Source: an uncultured Candidatus Rokubacteria bacterium
GTDB taxonomy: Bacteria; Methylomirabilota; Methylomirabilia; Rokubacteriales; CSP1-6
DNA length: 64,000 bases
Direction of reading: 5' to 3'
Assembly: GCA_963747235.1 (NCBI GenBank)
Contig: CAVVEU010000017.1
Coordinates: forward strand, 64,001-128,000
The notes under the pieces are model-generated. The model saw only the letters and a list, made by a program, of their open reading frames with translations, was not told the origin of the DNA and searched no databases. How positions within the stretch are numbered: the stretch's first letter is position 1; the number at the start of each line of letters is the position of its first letter. Positions 9,435-20,221 of the stretch are shown in pieces. Position numbers and translations under genes: made by a program.

Positions 9435-9965
9435 ATGGCCCCCAGAGGGTTCTCCCACATCGGCCTCTCGACCCTGGATCTGGACCGGACGCGGGACTTC
9501 TACGAGCGCGTGCTCGGGTTCAAGGCCGTGCGCTGCGACATCCTCAAGGTCAAGGAAGGCGGACAGATCCGCCACATCTTCTTCGACACCGGGCACGATC
9601 AGCTTCTCGCCTTCATGGAGGCCAGCGGCGTGCCGGGCATTCCCGCGGAGTACGACGCGGGGATCAACCGGGGGCTCGGCGTGCCGGGCGTGTTCTATCA
9701 CTTCGCGTTCGAGGCGGGCTCCGAGGCGGCGCTGGACGAGAAGCGCCGCGAGCTGCTCGCCAAGGGCGTCCAGGTCACCGAGGTGGTGGACCACGACTGG
9801 GCCAAGTCCATCTACTTCAAGGACCCGAACGGGCTCCAGCTCGAGTTCTGCTGCTACACGCGCAACCTGAACGCGGACGATGCGCGCATGCAGCCCCGCG
9901 CCGCGATCTCGGTGCGCCGACTGGGGCTGGAGGATCCCGTCGCGCTGAGCTCGGCGAAGCGGTAG
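9435..9965 (+). CDS. VOC/glyoxalase family protein
   Basis: FSHIGL, YHFAF, SIYFKDPNGLQLE; AAGGAGG RBS. Confidence 0.92.
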   Translation: MAPRGFSHIGLSTLDLDRTRDFYERVLGFKAVRCDILKVKEGGQIRHIFFDTGHDQLLAFMEASGVPGIPAEYDAGINRGLGVPGVFYHFAFEAGSEAALDEKRRELLAKGVQVTEVVDHDWAKSIYFKDPNGLQLEFCCYTRNLNADDARMQPRAAISVRRLGLEDPVALSSAKR

Positions 9966-9997
9966 CCGCGGGCCAGCGCGGCGGACCGATTCATCCG

Positions 9998-10879
9998 ATG
10001 GAGCGAGTTCTCTACGTCGTGTCGCGGGAGCAGTCCATGCTGGTCGGCTACCTGATGACCACGCTGGGCGCCCGACCTTCCGACGGGCCCCTCGTGGAGA
10101 TCAAGCTGGACGAACGGCGGGCCGCCCGTCGGCTCGCGCGCGACGCCAGAGAACCGGAACGGCGCCAGGGCGAGCGGCGGCGGCAACCCAGCCTGGACCG
10201 AGGCCTCCGCTCGCGCGGGTACGCCACCGTGGTCCAGTCCGAAGCCGGTTCATCGCGGCCGGTCGAGCCCGCGCCGGCCGTGGTCTGGCGGCCCCGGTCG
10301 AGCTGGCGGCAGCGGGTGGCCCGCGCGGAGCGACGGAGCCGCGTGTGGTGGGGATTGATCCTCGCGCTGCTCGCGGGGGTCGGGGTGGTGATCGTCGTGG
10401 CCCGGTCCATAGACTGGACGCCTGCTCCGTCACCGTCCGCGCCGCGAGCGACCGCGCCGCTGATCGCGCCGCAGCAGATCCCACCGCGTATCACTCCGCA
10501 GCCGCCGGCTTCACGCGGCGAGGCGGTCGTGCCGGCCGTGCCCCCGCCGGCGCCCGCGACGGCCGCACCGGGACGGATTGTGAGCACGCGGTTTTCCGGT
10601 GTCGTGCTGTCCGTCGATCCGGCCGCCGGGGTGCTCGTGCTCGAGGACCGAGGAGCCACCGGCGCGGCCGTGCGTCTTCGCGTCGAGCTGGCACCCGACG
10701 CCCGCGTCGTGCGGTCCGAGCGCGACGAGCAGGCCGAGGATCCGAACCGCGTGTTCAAGGACACCCCGATCAGCCTTTCCGATATCGGGCGGGGCGACTA
10801 CGTGGTCGTGGAGAGGCGCGGGCCGGAGGGGAAGCCGCTCGCGCATTCGATCGTGGTGACCTTCCGGAACACGAAGTAG
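9998..10879 (+). CDS. Single-pass membrane protein: Arg-repeat N-domain, TM, Pro linker, OB-fold/DUF5666-like C-domain
   Basis: DERRAARR..ERRQGERRR; TM WWGLILALLAGVGVVIVVA; ISLSDIGRGDYVVV. Confidence 0.75.
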   Translation: MERVLYVVSREQSMLVGYLMTTLGARPSDGPLVEIKLDERRAARRLARDAREPERRQGERRRQPSLDRGLRSRGYATVVQSEAGSSRPVEPAPAVVWRPRSSWRQRVARAERRSRVWWGLILALLAGVGVVIVVARSIDWTPAPSPSAPRATAPLIAPQQIPPRITPQPPASRGEAVVPAVPPPAPATAAPGRIVSTRFSGVVLSVDPAAGVLVLEDRGATGAAVRLRVELAPDARVVRSERDEQAEDPNRVFKDTPISLSDIGRGDYVVVERRGPEGKPLAHSIVVTFRNTK

Positions 10880-10972
10880 GGACGCATGGAGCGGGACCAC
10901 CACGGATGGTGGTCGACGGCGGGCGTTTTTTCTGCTGCTCCCGCGCGGTCATTGCCTGAAGATGTTCGGCGT

Positions 10973-11062
10973 ATGCGCTTCCTCTGGGCGTACCTGCTGG
11001 TGGTGATCGTCTTTGCCTTCGGATTCCTCTGTGCGTCCGCCTTCTCGGCCGGGGAGGACTAG
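10973..11062 (+). CDS. Possible 29-aa hydrophobic peptide
   Basis: MRFLWAYLLVVIVFAFGFLCASAFSAGED; no clear RBS. Confidence 0.35.
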   Translation: MRFLWAYLLVVIVFAFGFLCASAFSAGED

Positions 11063-11127
11063 CCGGGCGGGGCAGGTGCGATAGACACGAAGTAGCGTTG
11101 AAGCGCTGATTCAAGACCCGACCCCGA

Positions 11128-14100
11128 TTAGAGCCAGCGGGTCTCGCCGTTGCGGATGAAGTGGAGGCCGGCGCGGGTGGGGGTGTTGAGCTGGGCGCTC
11201 CAGTGGTCGGCGTAGGCGCGGATCTGGGGCGCGTAGCGGGCGGCGAGCTGATCGACGCCGCCGACTAGCTGGTCGGTCTTGTAGTCGATCAGCGTCCAGC
11301 CGGCGGCGGTCTTGAAGGCGAGGTCGATCACGCCGTGCAGGAGCTTCGGCGGAGCGCCTGCGTCGCCCACGCGCACCGCGAACGGCACTTCCACCGCGCG
11401 CTCTTCGGCCGCCTGCGCCTCCTGCCAGAACTCGGCGGCCATCACGCGCTCCACCGTGTCGAGCGCCTCCGGGATCACGCGGCGCAGCTCCGTCTTGTCG
11501 AACGCGAACCAGGTGGCCAGGCGCTCGAGGTGCGCGCGATCGCGCTGGGGGCCGCGCATGGCGTGCTCGAGGAGGAAGTGGATCAGGCTGCCCCAGGCCA
11601 TCCCGGTGTCGGGCTCGCGCGTCTTGCCTTCCTGCAGCGGGTGGCCGTAGGGGCCGGCGCGGTGGGCGGTGCCGGTCACGGATTCGACCATCCAGGAGGG
11701 CGCGCGTCGGCTCTCCAGTTGCGCCTCGCGGGCGGTCTCGGCCGCGAGCCGGGCGCCGGCACTCAGGTCGGGTAGCGTCGGCACGGGCGGGACCGCGACC
11801 GGCGGGACCGCCAGGGCCGGCGCCTTGACGAGGAAGGGCTCGAGCATCTGCCACGGCCGGCTGCGCCCGCCCGCATTCGCGGGTCGGCTCACCACGAGGA
11901 GATCACGCGCCCGCGTGGCCGCGACATACAGAAGCCGGCGCTGCTCGGCTTCGAGGTAGGCCCGCTCCTGGTCCTGATGCTCTTGCCACCCGGCGGGTCG
12001 TCCGAGGACGGTCCGGCCGTAGTCACCCTTCGGCCGCGAGAGCTCGAAGTAGCCCAGGGCGCTCAGCCCGTCCCGAACGACGCGCACGTCGATGCCGCCG
12101 ATCCAGCCCCGGACGGGGTCGGCCAGGAAGACGACCGGTGCTTCCAGGCCCTTGGCCTTGTGCAGGTTCATGACGCGGACGACATTGGTGCGACCGGGCT
12201 CGAGCGGGACGGACTCGACCTCCGCGGAGCTCAGGTCCTCGATCAGCGCCTCCGCCGCGTCGGCCAGCGTGCCGCCTTCCTCGGTGACCTGACGGATACG
12301 GTCCACGCCGTGGAGCAGATCGCCCGCCTCCGCCCCGCCGGGGCTACCGGCGGCGGTCGTGGCCAGCAGGCCGGTGGCTTCCAGGATGCGCTCGACGGCG
12401 GCGGGCGCCGGCAACCTGCGGGTCCACTCGTACATCCGGCGCAGGGCGCGCAGCGCCTCGCCCACCGGGCCGGCCATCTCGGCCACGTCGGGTGCGGTCA
12501 CGAGGAAGCCGCCCCCCGCCTGCCGATGCCGGAACAGCTCGGGATCGCTCAAGCCGAAGAGTGGCCCGCGCAGGACGCCCACCACCGCGGGCCCGTCGTC
12601 GGGATCGGTGAGCGCGCGCAGCAGGTCGGCCAGCCCGGTCACGGCGGTGGACTGCGCGAAGGCCGCCCCGCCGCTCACCTCGACGGGCAGGCGTAGGGCC
12701 TCGAGCGCCCGCGTGTAGATGGGCAGGGCCTTCCGCGTCCGGGTCAGAACGAGAAAGTCCCCGGGCGCACGCCGGCGCGCGTCCACGTGCGCCCGGATGA
12801 AGCGGGCGATCACCTCGGCATCGAAGGCCGCCGCCGCGTCGCCGCCCGAGACGGTGTCGGGAACCTCGATGGCCCGCACGCCGAAGGCGGACCCGCTCTC
12901 GTCGCGGGCCGCCTTGAGGCCGGCGAAGCCGGGCTGATGGGGCGTGGCCTCGGTCGGGAACAGGGTGCCGAAGGCGCGTGTTGACCCAGTCGCAGACGGC
13001 GGGCACGGATCGGAAGCATGCCGTGAGCGTCGCGACCTGCCCGCCGGTCGCCTCGATGCGCTGCCGCACGCGCTGATAGATCTCGATGTCGGCCCGACGG
13101 AAGCGGTAGATGGACTGCTTGGGATCGCCCACCACGAACAGCGCACCGGGCCGGAGGGGCACACGCGTCCAGTCTCGCTCCGCGCTCGGCGCGGCCGCCA
13201 GCAGCAGGATGACCTCGGCCTGGATCGGGTCCGTGTCCTGGAACTCGTCCACGAAGAGCCAGCGGTACTTGTCCTGGAGCGCCGCGCGCACTTCCAGGTT
13301 GTCGCGGAGGAGGGTCGCGGCGTACTGGAGCAGATCGTTGTAATTCAGCGTGACGGCGCGCCGGCGCGCGAGGGCGGCGTGCTCCCGGCCCTCGAGCAGC
13401 AGGGTCAGCGCGAGACGGTAGACGTACCGGTACCACGCGTCCAGGAAGGGCAGGGCGTCGCGGTGGAGCGCGGTGAAGAGCGTCTCCACCTGCTCCTTGT
13501 CCGCCTTGCCGCGCGGCCACCACTTCTGGACGACCCTGGGCTCGCTCTCCCATTCGGCGACCAGCTCGGCGAGCACGCGCGGGTCCTCGAGCGACGCCAC
13601 CCGGAGCCGTCGCGCGAACTCGCGCATGCGCTTCTGGACGCTGCAGGTGCTCTCGCGGGGTCCCCCGTCGGGGAGCAGTGTGATGAGCGCCGCCCAGAAG
13701 CGCTCCAGCGCGGCCCGCGCCTGGGCGGGATCCGGTCGCGGGGCGTCGCCCGCGGGGAAGTCGACCTCGGGGTAGTTGCACACCTTGTCGAACGCCCGGT
13801 CGAGATCGACGGGCCGCGCCCCGGCGTCGAGCAGCTCCCGCAGGGCCGGCGAGCCCTGGCCGCGCTGGCGATCCAGGTAATCGCGCCACGCCCATCGCCG
13901 CTGGTCCATCTCCGCGATCTCGTCCAGCTCGGTGAAGCCCGGCGCGACCCCGGCCTCCACCGGTCGCTCGCGGAGCAGGTGGGCGCAGAACGCGTGAATG
14001 GTGCCGGCGAAGAGCCGCTCGAGGTGGCGCAGGGCCTGCCGGGCGCGCTGCCGCCTGGTCTCGTCCGGTTCGTCCGCCAGTGCGCGCTCCAGCGTGAGCT

Positions 14101-14320
14101 GGAACCGCGCGCGCAGCTCCGCGGCCGCCTTGCGCGTGAAGGTGACGGCGGCCATCTCCTCCACCTTGTAGCGGCCCTCCAGCACGCCCGCCGCCATCCG
14201 TCGGGCCAGGCACTCGGTCTTGCCGGAGCCGGCGCCGGCCTCGACCAGGAGGTTGATGTCGAGCCGCGCGCTGATCAGATCGCGCGCCGGCTGATCGGGT
14301 ACGGGGCGCGGCTTACTCAT
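11128..14320 (-). CDS. addA: AddA-like UvrD helicase/RecB-type nuclease (frameshift near 12977)
   Basis: EAGAGSGKT, VDEFQDTD, VGDPKQSIYRFR, LHKAKGLE, LLYVAATRARD, GVIDL...IDYKTD. Confidence 0.9.
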
Positions 14321-17300
14321 GCGCGTTCAGCTTTCGGTACGCCTCGAGGGGCGCGTTGTCCGCCTGCTGGATCTTGAGATCGGCGCGTTCGGCGGCCTTC
14401 TGTCCGCAGGCGCGAGAGAAGTCGCAGAACCGGCAATCCTCGTCCTCGTCCGGCGTGTGGACGAAGGCACCGGCGGCGAGCAGGTCGAAGAGATCGCGCA
14501 GGACGTCGGCCGCCTTCGCCTGGGTGGACGCCGCACGAACCTGGCGGGCGCGGGTCCCGCGCCGGGTGGGGAAGTAGTACGAGCCGACCACGCGCGCCTG
14601 CGGGTCCGTCTCCCGCAGGAGCTCGACCGCCACCAGCGCGTACAGAGCGTGCTGGAGCTGTCGCCCGCCCGCGAACGTCGCGTCGAGCCCGCGGGGCAGG
14701 AACGCGCCGCCGGTCTTGTAGTCCACGGCCTCGTAGGTGCCGTCGGCCAGCTTGTCTACCCGATCGATGCGGCCGCGCAGCTTGAAGCGGAGCCCGTCGC
14801 CGAGATCGATGACGATCGGCTCGCGTCGGCCGAGCGCCTCGCCTTCGGTCGCCCCGCCGAAGCCCACCTCGAAGCCGATCGGTTTGCGCTGGCCGCAGTC
14901 CTCGGCCTCGAACTTCAGGAAGAGGGCCAGATCGTGCAGCAGCTCGCGCTCCTCCCGCTCGTACACTCCCTCCGACGGCGGCGGCACCAGCGCGCGATGC
15001 CTGGCCAGCGCCTCCAGCCCCAGCTCGCGAAGCCGCGCCCCGTGGCGCGCCGGGTCCGGTGTCTCCTGCCGATCGCGGATCTCGCGCATGATGGTGGCGT
15101 AGAGCGCGTGCATGAGCGATCCGCGCGTCAGCGGATCGAGCCACACGTCGGGATTCGGCTCGGCGTCGTCGACCGTGTCGAGCCCGAGCCCGCGCTGCAG
15201 GAAATAGCGGAACGGACACTTGGCCAGATCCTCGAGGCTGGTAGGCGACATCACGGCGCCGGACACGCGCGGATCGAGAATCGGCCCGGCTTCGGGCACC
15301 AGTCCGTCGTACATGGTGAAGACGTCGGAGTCGCGCGCGGCCTCGGCCACCGCGCCCTGCGCCAGGGCGGGGAAGCCCTCACGCACCGCCGGGAGCGCGG
15401 AGGCATCGGCCCGACGCAGGCCCGCCAGCCACCAGCCCGCGTCGCTCAGCGCCTGATCCGCCTCGGCCGGGACGGCGGAGACGGGCTCACCCAGCTCGTT
15501 GACCAGACGGTCGTAGGTCCAGTTCTCTCCCGGGTTCAGCACGCGCACGGCCTGCAGCAGCACCCACGAGGGGAAGGTGGCGCGCGCCTGCCGCAGATCG
15601 CGACACGAGTAGCTCAGGCAGACGTGGCCGCGCAGGCTGCCGAGGCGCGAGACGATGCGGTAGAGCGCTTCCCCCACGCGATCCTCCGAGGTGCGCAGCG
15701 TCTGATCGATGCCCTTGCGCTCGGCGTCGAGCAGCACCGGGTCTTCCACGAGGGCGGGGAACACGCCACCCTCTTCCAGGCCGATCACGAAGGTGCGCGG
15801 CCGTCCCGCGTGGCCGGCGTCGGCCAGCGTCGTGACGTGCAGGTGTCCGGGGCGCGCCCGATCCCCGCCGACCGTGAGGCCGTCGAAGCGGCCGCGGATC
15901 AGGGCGAGCGCCTCGGAGGCCGGCCGCGTGAGATCGCCGAGGGCGCGCAGGTCGGCCAGCGCTTCGGTGAGCGCCACGCTGGCTTCGCCGTCGAGCTCGC
16001 TGGCCTTCCGCGCGAAGGTCTTCACGAAGGCGACCGCCGCGTCGAGCCACTGCCCGAGCGGCGCCGCCGGCAGCGAAGGCACCAGCGCCAGCAGCTCCGC
16101 CGTCCACTGCCGGAAGCGCTCCGCCTGCGCGGCCCGTTCCGCAGACCACGCCCGCGCCTGATCGGATTGCTCGGGATCCGCGGCCCGGTCCTGGAGACGC
16201 GCGATGAGCCGCCCGAGTGCGGCCGCGTACGTCTGCCGTCCCCAGGTGGCCTCCGCACGCGCGAGGATCCGCGCCGCCTGCCCAGCCGTCAGCCCGTCGG
16301 CCTCCAGCCGCACGTCCCCCGACTGAAGCATCCGCCGCAGCCGGCTCGCGGCCAGCCCCCCGGTCACCCACTCGCAGAAGGCGAGCAGCCCGCGCCCCGG
16401 CCGCGTGAGCGCGACCGGAATGCCCGGCCCGATCGTCACCGGCCACTCGTGGCGCTGCGCCTTCTCCCACACCAGCGCTGCCTGCTCGGGCCTCGGACAG
16501 GCGATCTCCACCTGGTCCAACCCCAGCGGTACTCCCTCTCCCCTCCGGGGAGAGGGCAGGGTGAGGGGCCCCGCGCAATCCGCCGGAGCACCTCCTCCAC
16601 CTCCGCCTCCCGCCCCCCCGCGCAGAACATCGTGAGCGAGTCGTCACTCGCCGGCGCACCCGCCGGCTCCATCAGCAACCCCAGCCGCTCCGCATTCGAG
16701 CTCGGCGCCGGCGCCACCGCTTCCATTGGTGCGGCCAGGCTCGCCATCCGCCGCGGGACGTCGAGCCCGGGTAGATCGAGCGCGCGCGGCGTCACGCGGG
16801 TGCCGGGCAGCACGTCGAGCAGGCGCCGCTCGAGCGGGGACCAGATGACAGTGGGCACCTCGACGTGGAGATCGGCCGCCTGGATCGGGCAGACGTCCAG
16901 GTGAAGCAGCGCCTCGCGGTAGACCTCGGCGCGATCGGCCAGGTGGCGCTCGGCCAGGTGCCGCTCGTAGCTGGCAAGGAGGGCCTGCAGCTCCGCATGC
17001 TTGCTCGCGTTGGTGAACGCCTCGCGCGGCAAGGCCGCCGCCGAGATGCCGGCCATGCGTAGCTCGGCCAGGGTGGCCCAGAGCGCCTCCGCCATCTGCG
17101 GCTGCTCCGCCAGCCCGCGGAAGTACGTGGGCACGGTGGACGGCAGCTCGAGCAGCAGGCGCATGATCAGCGCCGGACCGATGCCGTCGGGCGCCGGATC
17201 GACCCCGCGCTCCACCAGGAAGGGCGCCGCCATCGGCAGGGCCAGGTCGAGCGGCGTGGTGAAGCGCACGTTCGCCCAGCCCGCGCCCTCGAGGGCCAGC

Positions 17301-17407
17301 CGCTCGCCCAGCGTGTGCCCGAGCGTGTGGGTGGGCACGACTACCCACTTGGCGCGGGTACGCTCGGTTCGGCAGAGGTCGGCGAGCTGGGTGAGGAAGG
17401 GGATCAC
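14313..17407 (-). CDS. addB: AddB-like subunit with PD-(D/E)xK nuclease and Fe-S Cys motif (frameshift and palindrome insert near 16525-16570)
   Basis: CPFRYF, RGRIDRVD, VDYKTG, CRFCDFSRAC; GTG start with GGAGG; overlaps addA start. Confidence 0.87.
16534..16568. repeat. Palindromic REP-like element inside addB
   Basis: CCCTCTCCCC-tcc-GGGGAGAGGG-CAGGGTGAGGGG; same as copies at 36694 and 41183. Confidence 0.92.
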
Positions 17408-17450
17408 GCGGACCTCCGGTTCTCCGGTGTACTCGATGGCACAGTCGGTG

Positions 17451-17873
17451 TCACAGGAACGCGCGCTCGAGCGGCACGAGAAACTGGATCCCGGGGATGG
17501 CGAGCCGACTGAGGCGGTCGTCGTTGGTGATGAAGAGATCCACCCCGACCTGCGCCGCGCAGGCGAGCTGCATGGCATCCGGCGGTCGGATGCTGCGGTT
17601 GCGTCGGATCTCCGCGTATCGGCGGGCGGTCTCGCGATCGAAGGCGATGAGGCGCGCCGTCCGGGAGAGGACGTCTTCGTATCGCTGCCGTAGCGCCTCA
17701 TTGCCTTGTTCGGCGGGCTTCACGAGCACCTCGCCCAGCGTCAGCGTCGAGGTGAGTAGCTCATCGGCACGTTCCAGCATGCGCTGCCTGATCTCGGCGA
17801 CGCGGTCCGACTGCGGGCCGAAGTCTTCCAGGAGATAGATGAAGAGGTTGGTGTCCCAGAAGACCCGGCTCAC
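17451..17873 (-). CDS. vapC: PIN-domain toxin, VapC family
   Basis: VFWDTNLFIY, STLTLGE, PPDAMQLACA, FITND; GTGA overlap with upstream gene. Confidence 0.93.
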   Translation of the reverse strand: MSRVFWDTNLFIYLLEDFGPQSDRVAEIRQRMLERADELLTSTLTLGEVLVKPAEQGNEALRQRYEDVLSRTARLIAFDRETARRYAEIRRNRSIRPPDAMQLACAAQVGVDLFITNDDRLSRLAIPGIQFLVPLERAFL

Positions 17874-18391
17874 TCCCACCCCTCGCGCAGGCGACGCACG
17901 TACTGGTCGGCATGCTCATCCGCCCACAGCTCACGGCCCGAGCCCCGCAGGGCGAGAAGCGGATCCGCTTCGGGCTTGACTCCGCGCTGCGGCGCATACT
18001 CTCGCTCGTACCAGTCGAGCAGCGGGTGGTACTTGGGCGGAATCGCCGCGCGCGCTGGAGTCACCTTGGCCCCTCGCCGGGCCTCGTGGGCGGGGTCGCC
18101 CGGTCGATAGAGCCGGCGGTGATTCGCTCCCGTCTCGACAAGCATCAGATAGCGGCCCGGGTTCGGCGGGCGGTTCGCGACGCAGTGCAGGACGGTGTGG
18201 ACGTACACACCAGGGCGGAGCTCAGGGGTGAGCCCCTCCCGCCGCGCCCGCTCCACAATCTCGGCCACCGTGAAGTCGGCTCGGCCCGGATTCTCCCGAT
18301 GAAGGAGTGCGGCAGCGATCCATACCTCGTCCGCCACCTTCAGTTCATGCCTGACTTTACTGGAGTTTCTTCCCCTTGTTGTCTGATTCAT
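17870..18391 (-). CDS. Putative antitoxin with large N-terminal domain (173 aa)
   Basis: Coupled upstream of vapC; C-terminal LRGSGRELW...ADQYVRRLREGWE resembles VapB toxin-binding tails. Confidence 0.75.
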   Translation of the reverse strand: MNQTTRGRNSSKVRHELKVADEVWIAAALLHRENPGRADFTVAEIVERARREGLTPELRPGVYVHTVLHCVANRPPNPGRYLMLVETGANHRRLYRPGDPAHEARRGAKVTPARAAIPPKYHPLLDWYEREYAPQRGVKPEADPLLALRGSGRELWADEHADQYVRRLREGWE

Positions 18392-18397
18392 TTATTC

Positions 18398-18426
18398 AAT
18401 GTATTTTGGTTTGATACTAAAGTCAA
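18398..18426 (-). promoter_or_regulatory. sigma-70 promoter, leaderless antitoxin transcript
   Basis: TTGACT-N17-TACATT-N6-ATG(18391). Confidence 0.8.
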
Positions 18427-18454
18427 GGGTTTCAGTCGATAGTCTTCGAGGTCT

Positions 18455-18483
18455 TTGACAGGACTCGGGCATGCGCCTAGACT
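18455..18483 (+). promoter_or_regulatory. sigma-70 promoter for catabolic operon
   Basis: TTGACA-N17-TAGACT. Confidence 0.8.
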
Positions 18484-18516
18484 CCCGGCTACTCACGACG
18501 AAGGAGAAGGAGACCC

Positions 18517-19614
18517 ATGCTCTTCACGTGCCCAGCCAATGCCGCCCGGGGCGGCGGGCCGCCGTCCCGCACCGGCGGCCGCCGCCCCTTCTGCGTCGAC
18601 ATCCATTGCCACGTGCACCATCCCGTCGCGGACGAGATGGTCAAGCACCTGGCCTCGCCGGACCGGGAGCCCTCGGCCCGGTTCTCGAACGAGCTCTCGC
18701 GGGCCACCAACCGCAAGCAGATGGAGAACGTCTGGTCCTGTCTCACGTCCGTGGAGCAGCGGCTGCGCGACATGGACAAGATGGGCGTGGACGTCCAGGC
18801 CATCTCGCCGTCGCCCTTCCACTTCCTGTACTGGCTCGAGCCCGAGCTCGCCCGGAAGGTGAGCCGCTCGGTGAACGAGCATCTGGCCGCGATCGTCAAG
18901 GCGCACCCTGATCGCTTCGTCGCGCTCGGGCACGTGCCGCTGCAGGCGCCGGACCTCGCGGCGGAGGAGCTCGCGTACTGCGTCACGCAGCTCGGGTTCC
19001 GGGGGGCCGAGATCGGCACCAACGTGGTCGGCGCGGAAGTCTCGCGGGGGCGGGACCAGTTCTGGAAGAAGGCGCAGGAGCTCGATGTCGTCCTCTTCAT
19101 GCATCCGAACGGTTTCACCCAGGGCGACCGCCTGGCGGATCACTACTTCACCAATGTCATCGGCAACCCGCTCGACACCACCGTCGCCCTGGGCCATCTC
19201 GTCTTCGACGGGGTGCTGGAGCGGTTCCCGAAGCTCAAGCTGGTGGCGGCGCACGGCGGCGGCTATATCGCCCACTACCCGGCGCGGATGGATCACGTGT
19301 GGGGCGCGCGGGCCGATGCGCGCACCGTGCTCGAGAAGACCCCGCGCCGGTCGCTGGCCAAGGTCTACTTCGACACGATCGTCTTCGACCGGATCCAGCT
19401 CGAGCACCTGGTCAAGCTGTGGGGCGCCGATCACGTGCTCGCCGGTACCGACTATCCCTACGACATGGGGATGTACGACCCGCGGGGCTTCGTGGGCGGC
19501 ACGTCGCTCAAGCCGGCGGACAAGGCGAAGATCCTGGGCGGGAACGCGGCCCGGCTGCTCAAGATCAAGGCGCCGGCCGCCTCGAAAGCGGGGCGGACGC
19601 GAGGCCGTCGATAG
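18517..19614 (+). CDS. Amidohydrolase_2 (ACMSD-like decarboxylase/hydratase)
   Basis: DIHCH, FMHP, AHGGG, GTDYPYDM. Confidence 0.92.
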   Translation: MLFTCPANAARGGGPPSRTGGRRPFCVDIHCHVHHPVADEMVKHLASPDREPSARFSNELSRATNRKQMENVWSCLTSVEQRLRDMDKMGVDVQAISPSPFHFLYWLEPELARKVSRSVNEHLAAIVKAHPDRFVALGHVPLQAPDLAAEELAYCVTQLGFRGAEIGTNVVGAEVSRGRDQFWKKAQELDVVLFMHPNGFTQGDRLADHYFTNVIGNPLDTTVALGHLVFDGVLERFPKLKLVAAHGGGYIAHYPARMDHVWGARADARTVLEKTPRRSLAKVYFDTIVFDRIQLEHLVKLWGADHVLAGTDYPYDMGMYDPRGFVGGTSLKPADKAKILGGNAARLLKIKAPAASKAGRTRGRR

Positions 19615-19658
19615 GAGTATTCTCCGGGCGTCCGAGCCCGGGAGCAGGGGAGGGTCCG

Positions 19659-20198
19659 ATGGCGAGAGTGCTGGGGCTGGGCCACGTGGGGATCTACGTG
19701 CGCGACCTCGACCGGATGGTCGCGTTCTACCAGGACGTCATGGGCATGCGCGTGACCAAGCAGAACCGGCGCGCGGGTGTGGTGTTCCTGAGCGCGGATC
19801 CAGACTCGGTGGACCACGAGATCGCGCTCATGGGCGGCCGGCCCGACCCGGCGGACCCCCACCTGATCAACCAGATCTCGATGCGCGTCGGCAGCCTCGA
19901 CGACCTGCGCGCGATGCGCAAGCGCCTGGTCGCGGAGGGCTACCGCATCGAGGGCGTCGTGAACCACGCCAGCGCGATCGGCTGCTACTTCTTCGACCCC
20001 GAGGGCAATCGCACCGAGGTGTTCTGGGTCACCGGCCGGCCGTGCTGGGTGCCGACCGCCACCCCCATCGATATCGACCAGCCGGACGAGATCGTGCTCG
20101 CCGCGGTCGACCGTGTCTGGAACCAGCTCCGCCACGTCCCGGTGGGCGGGCGGATGACCGAGGAGAGCGCGACCGTCGAGGTGACCCGCGAGCCCTAG
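19659..20198 (+). CDS. VOC family protein (extradiol dioxygenase/glyoxalase-like)
   Basis: LGHVGIYVRD, DHEIAL, YFFDPEGNRTE. Confidence 0.9.
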   Translation: MARVLGLGHVGIYVRDLDRMVAFYQDVMGMRVTKQNRRAGVVFLSADPDSVDHEIALMGGRPDPADPHLINQISMRVGSLDDLRAMRKRLVAEGYRIEGVVNHASAIGCYFFDPEGNRTEVFWVTGRPCWVPTATPIDIDQPDEIVLAAVDRVWNQLRHVPVGGRMTEESATVEVTREP

Positions 20199-20221
20199 CT
20201 CACTCTCAAGAGGAGGCAGCA

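Noticed and set aside
14313-15260. Cas4-like nuclease
   Set aside because: The Fe-S/PD-(D/E)xK region is the C-terminal domain of AddB
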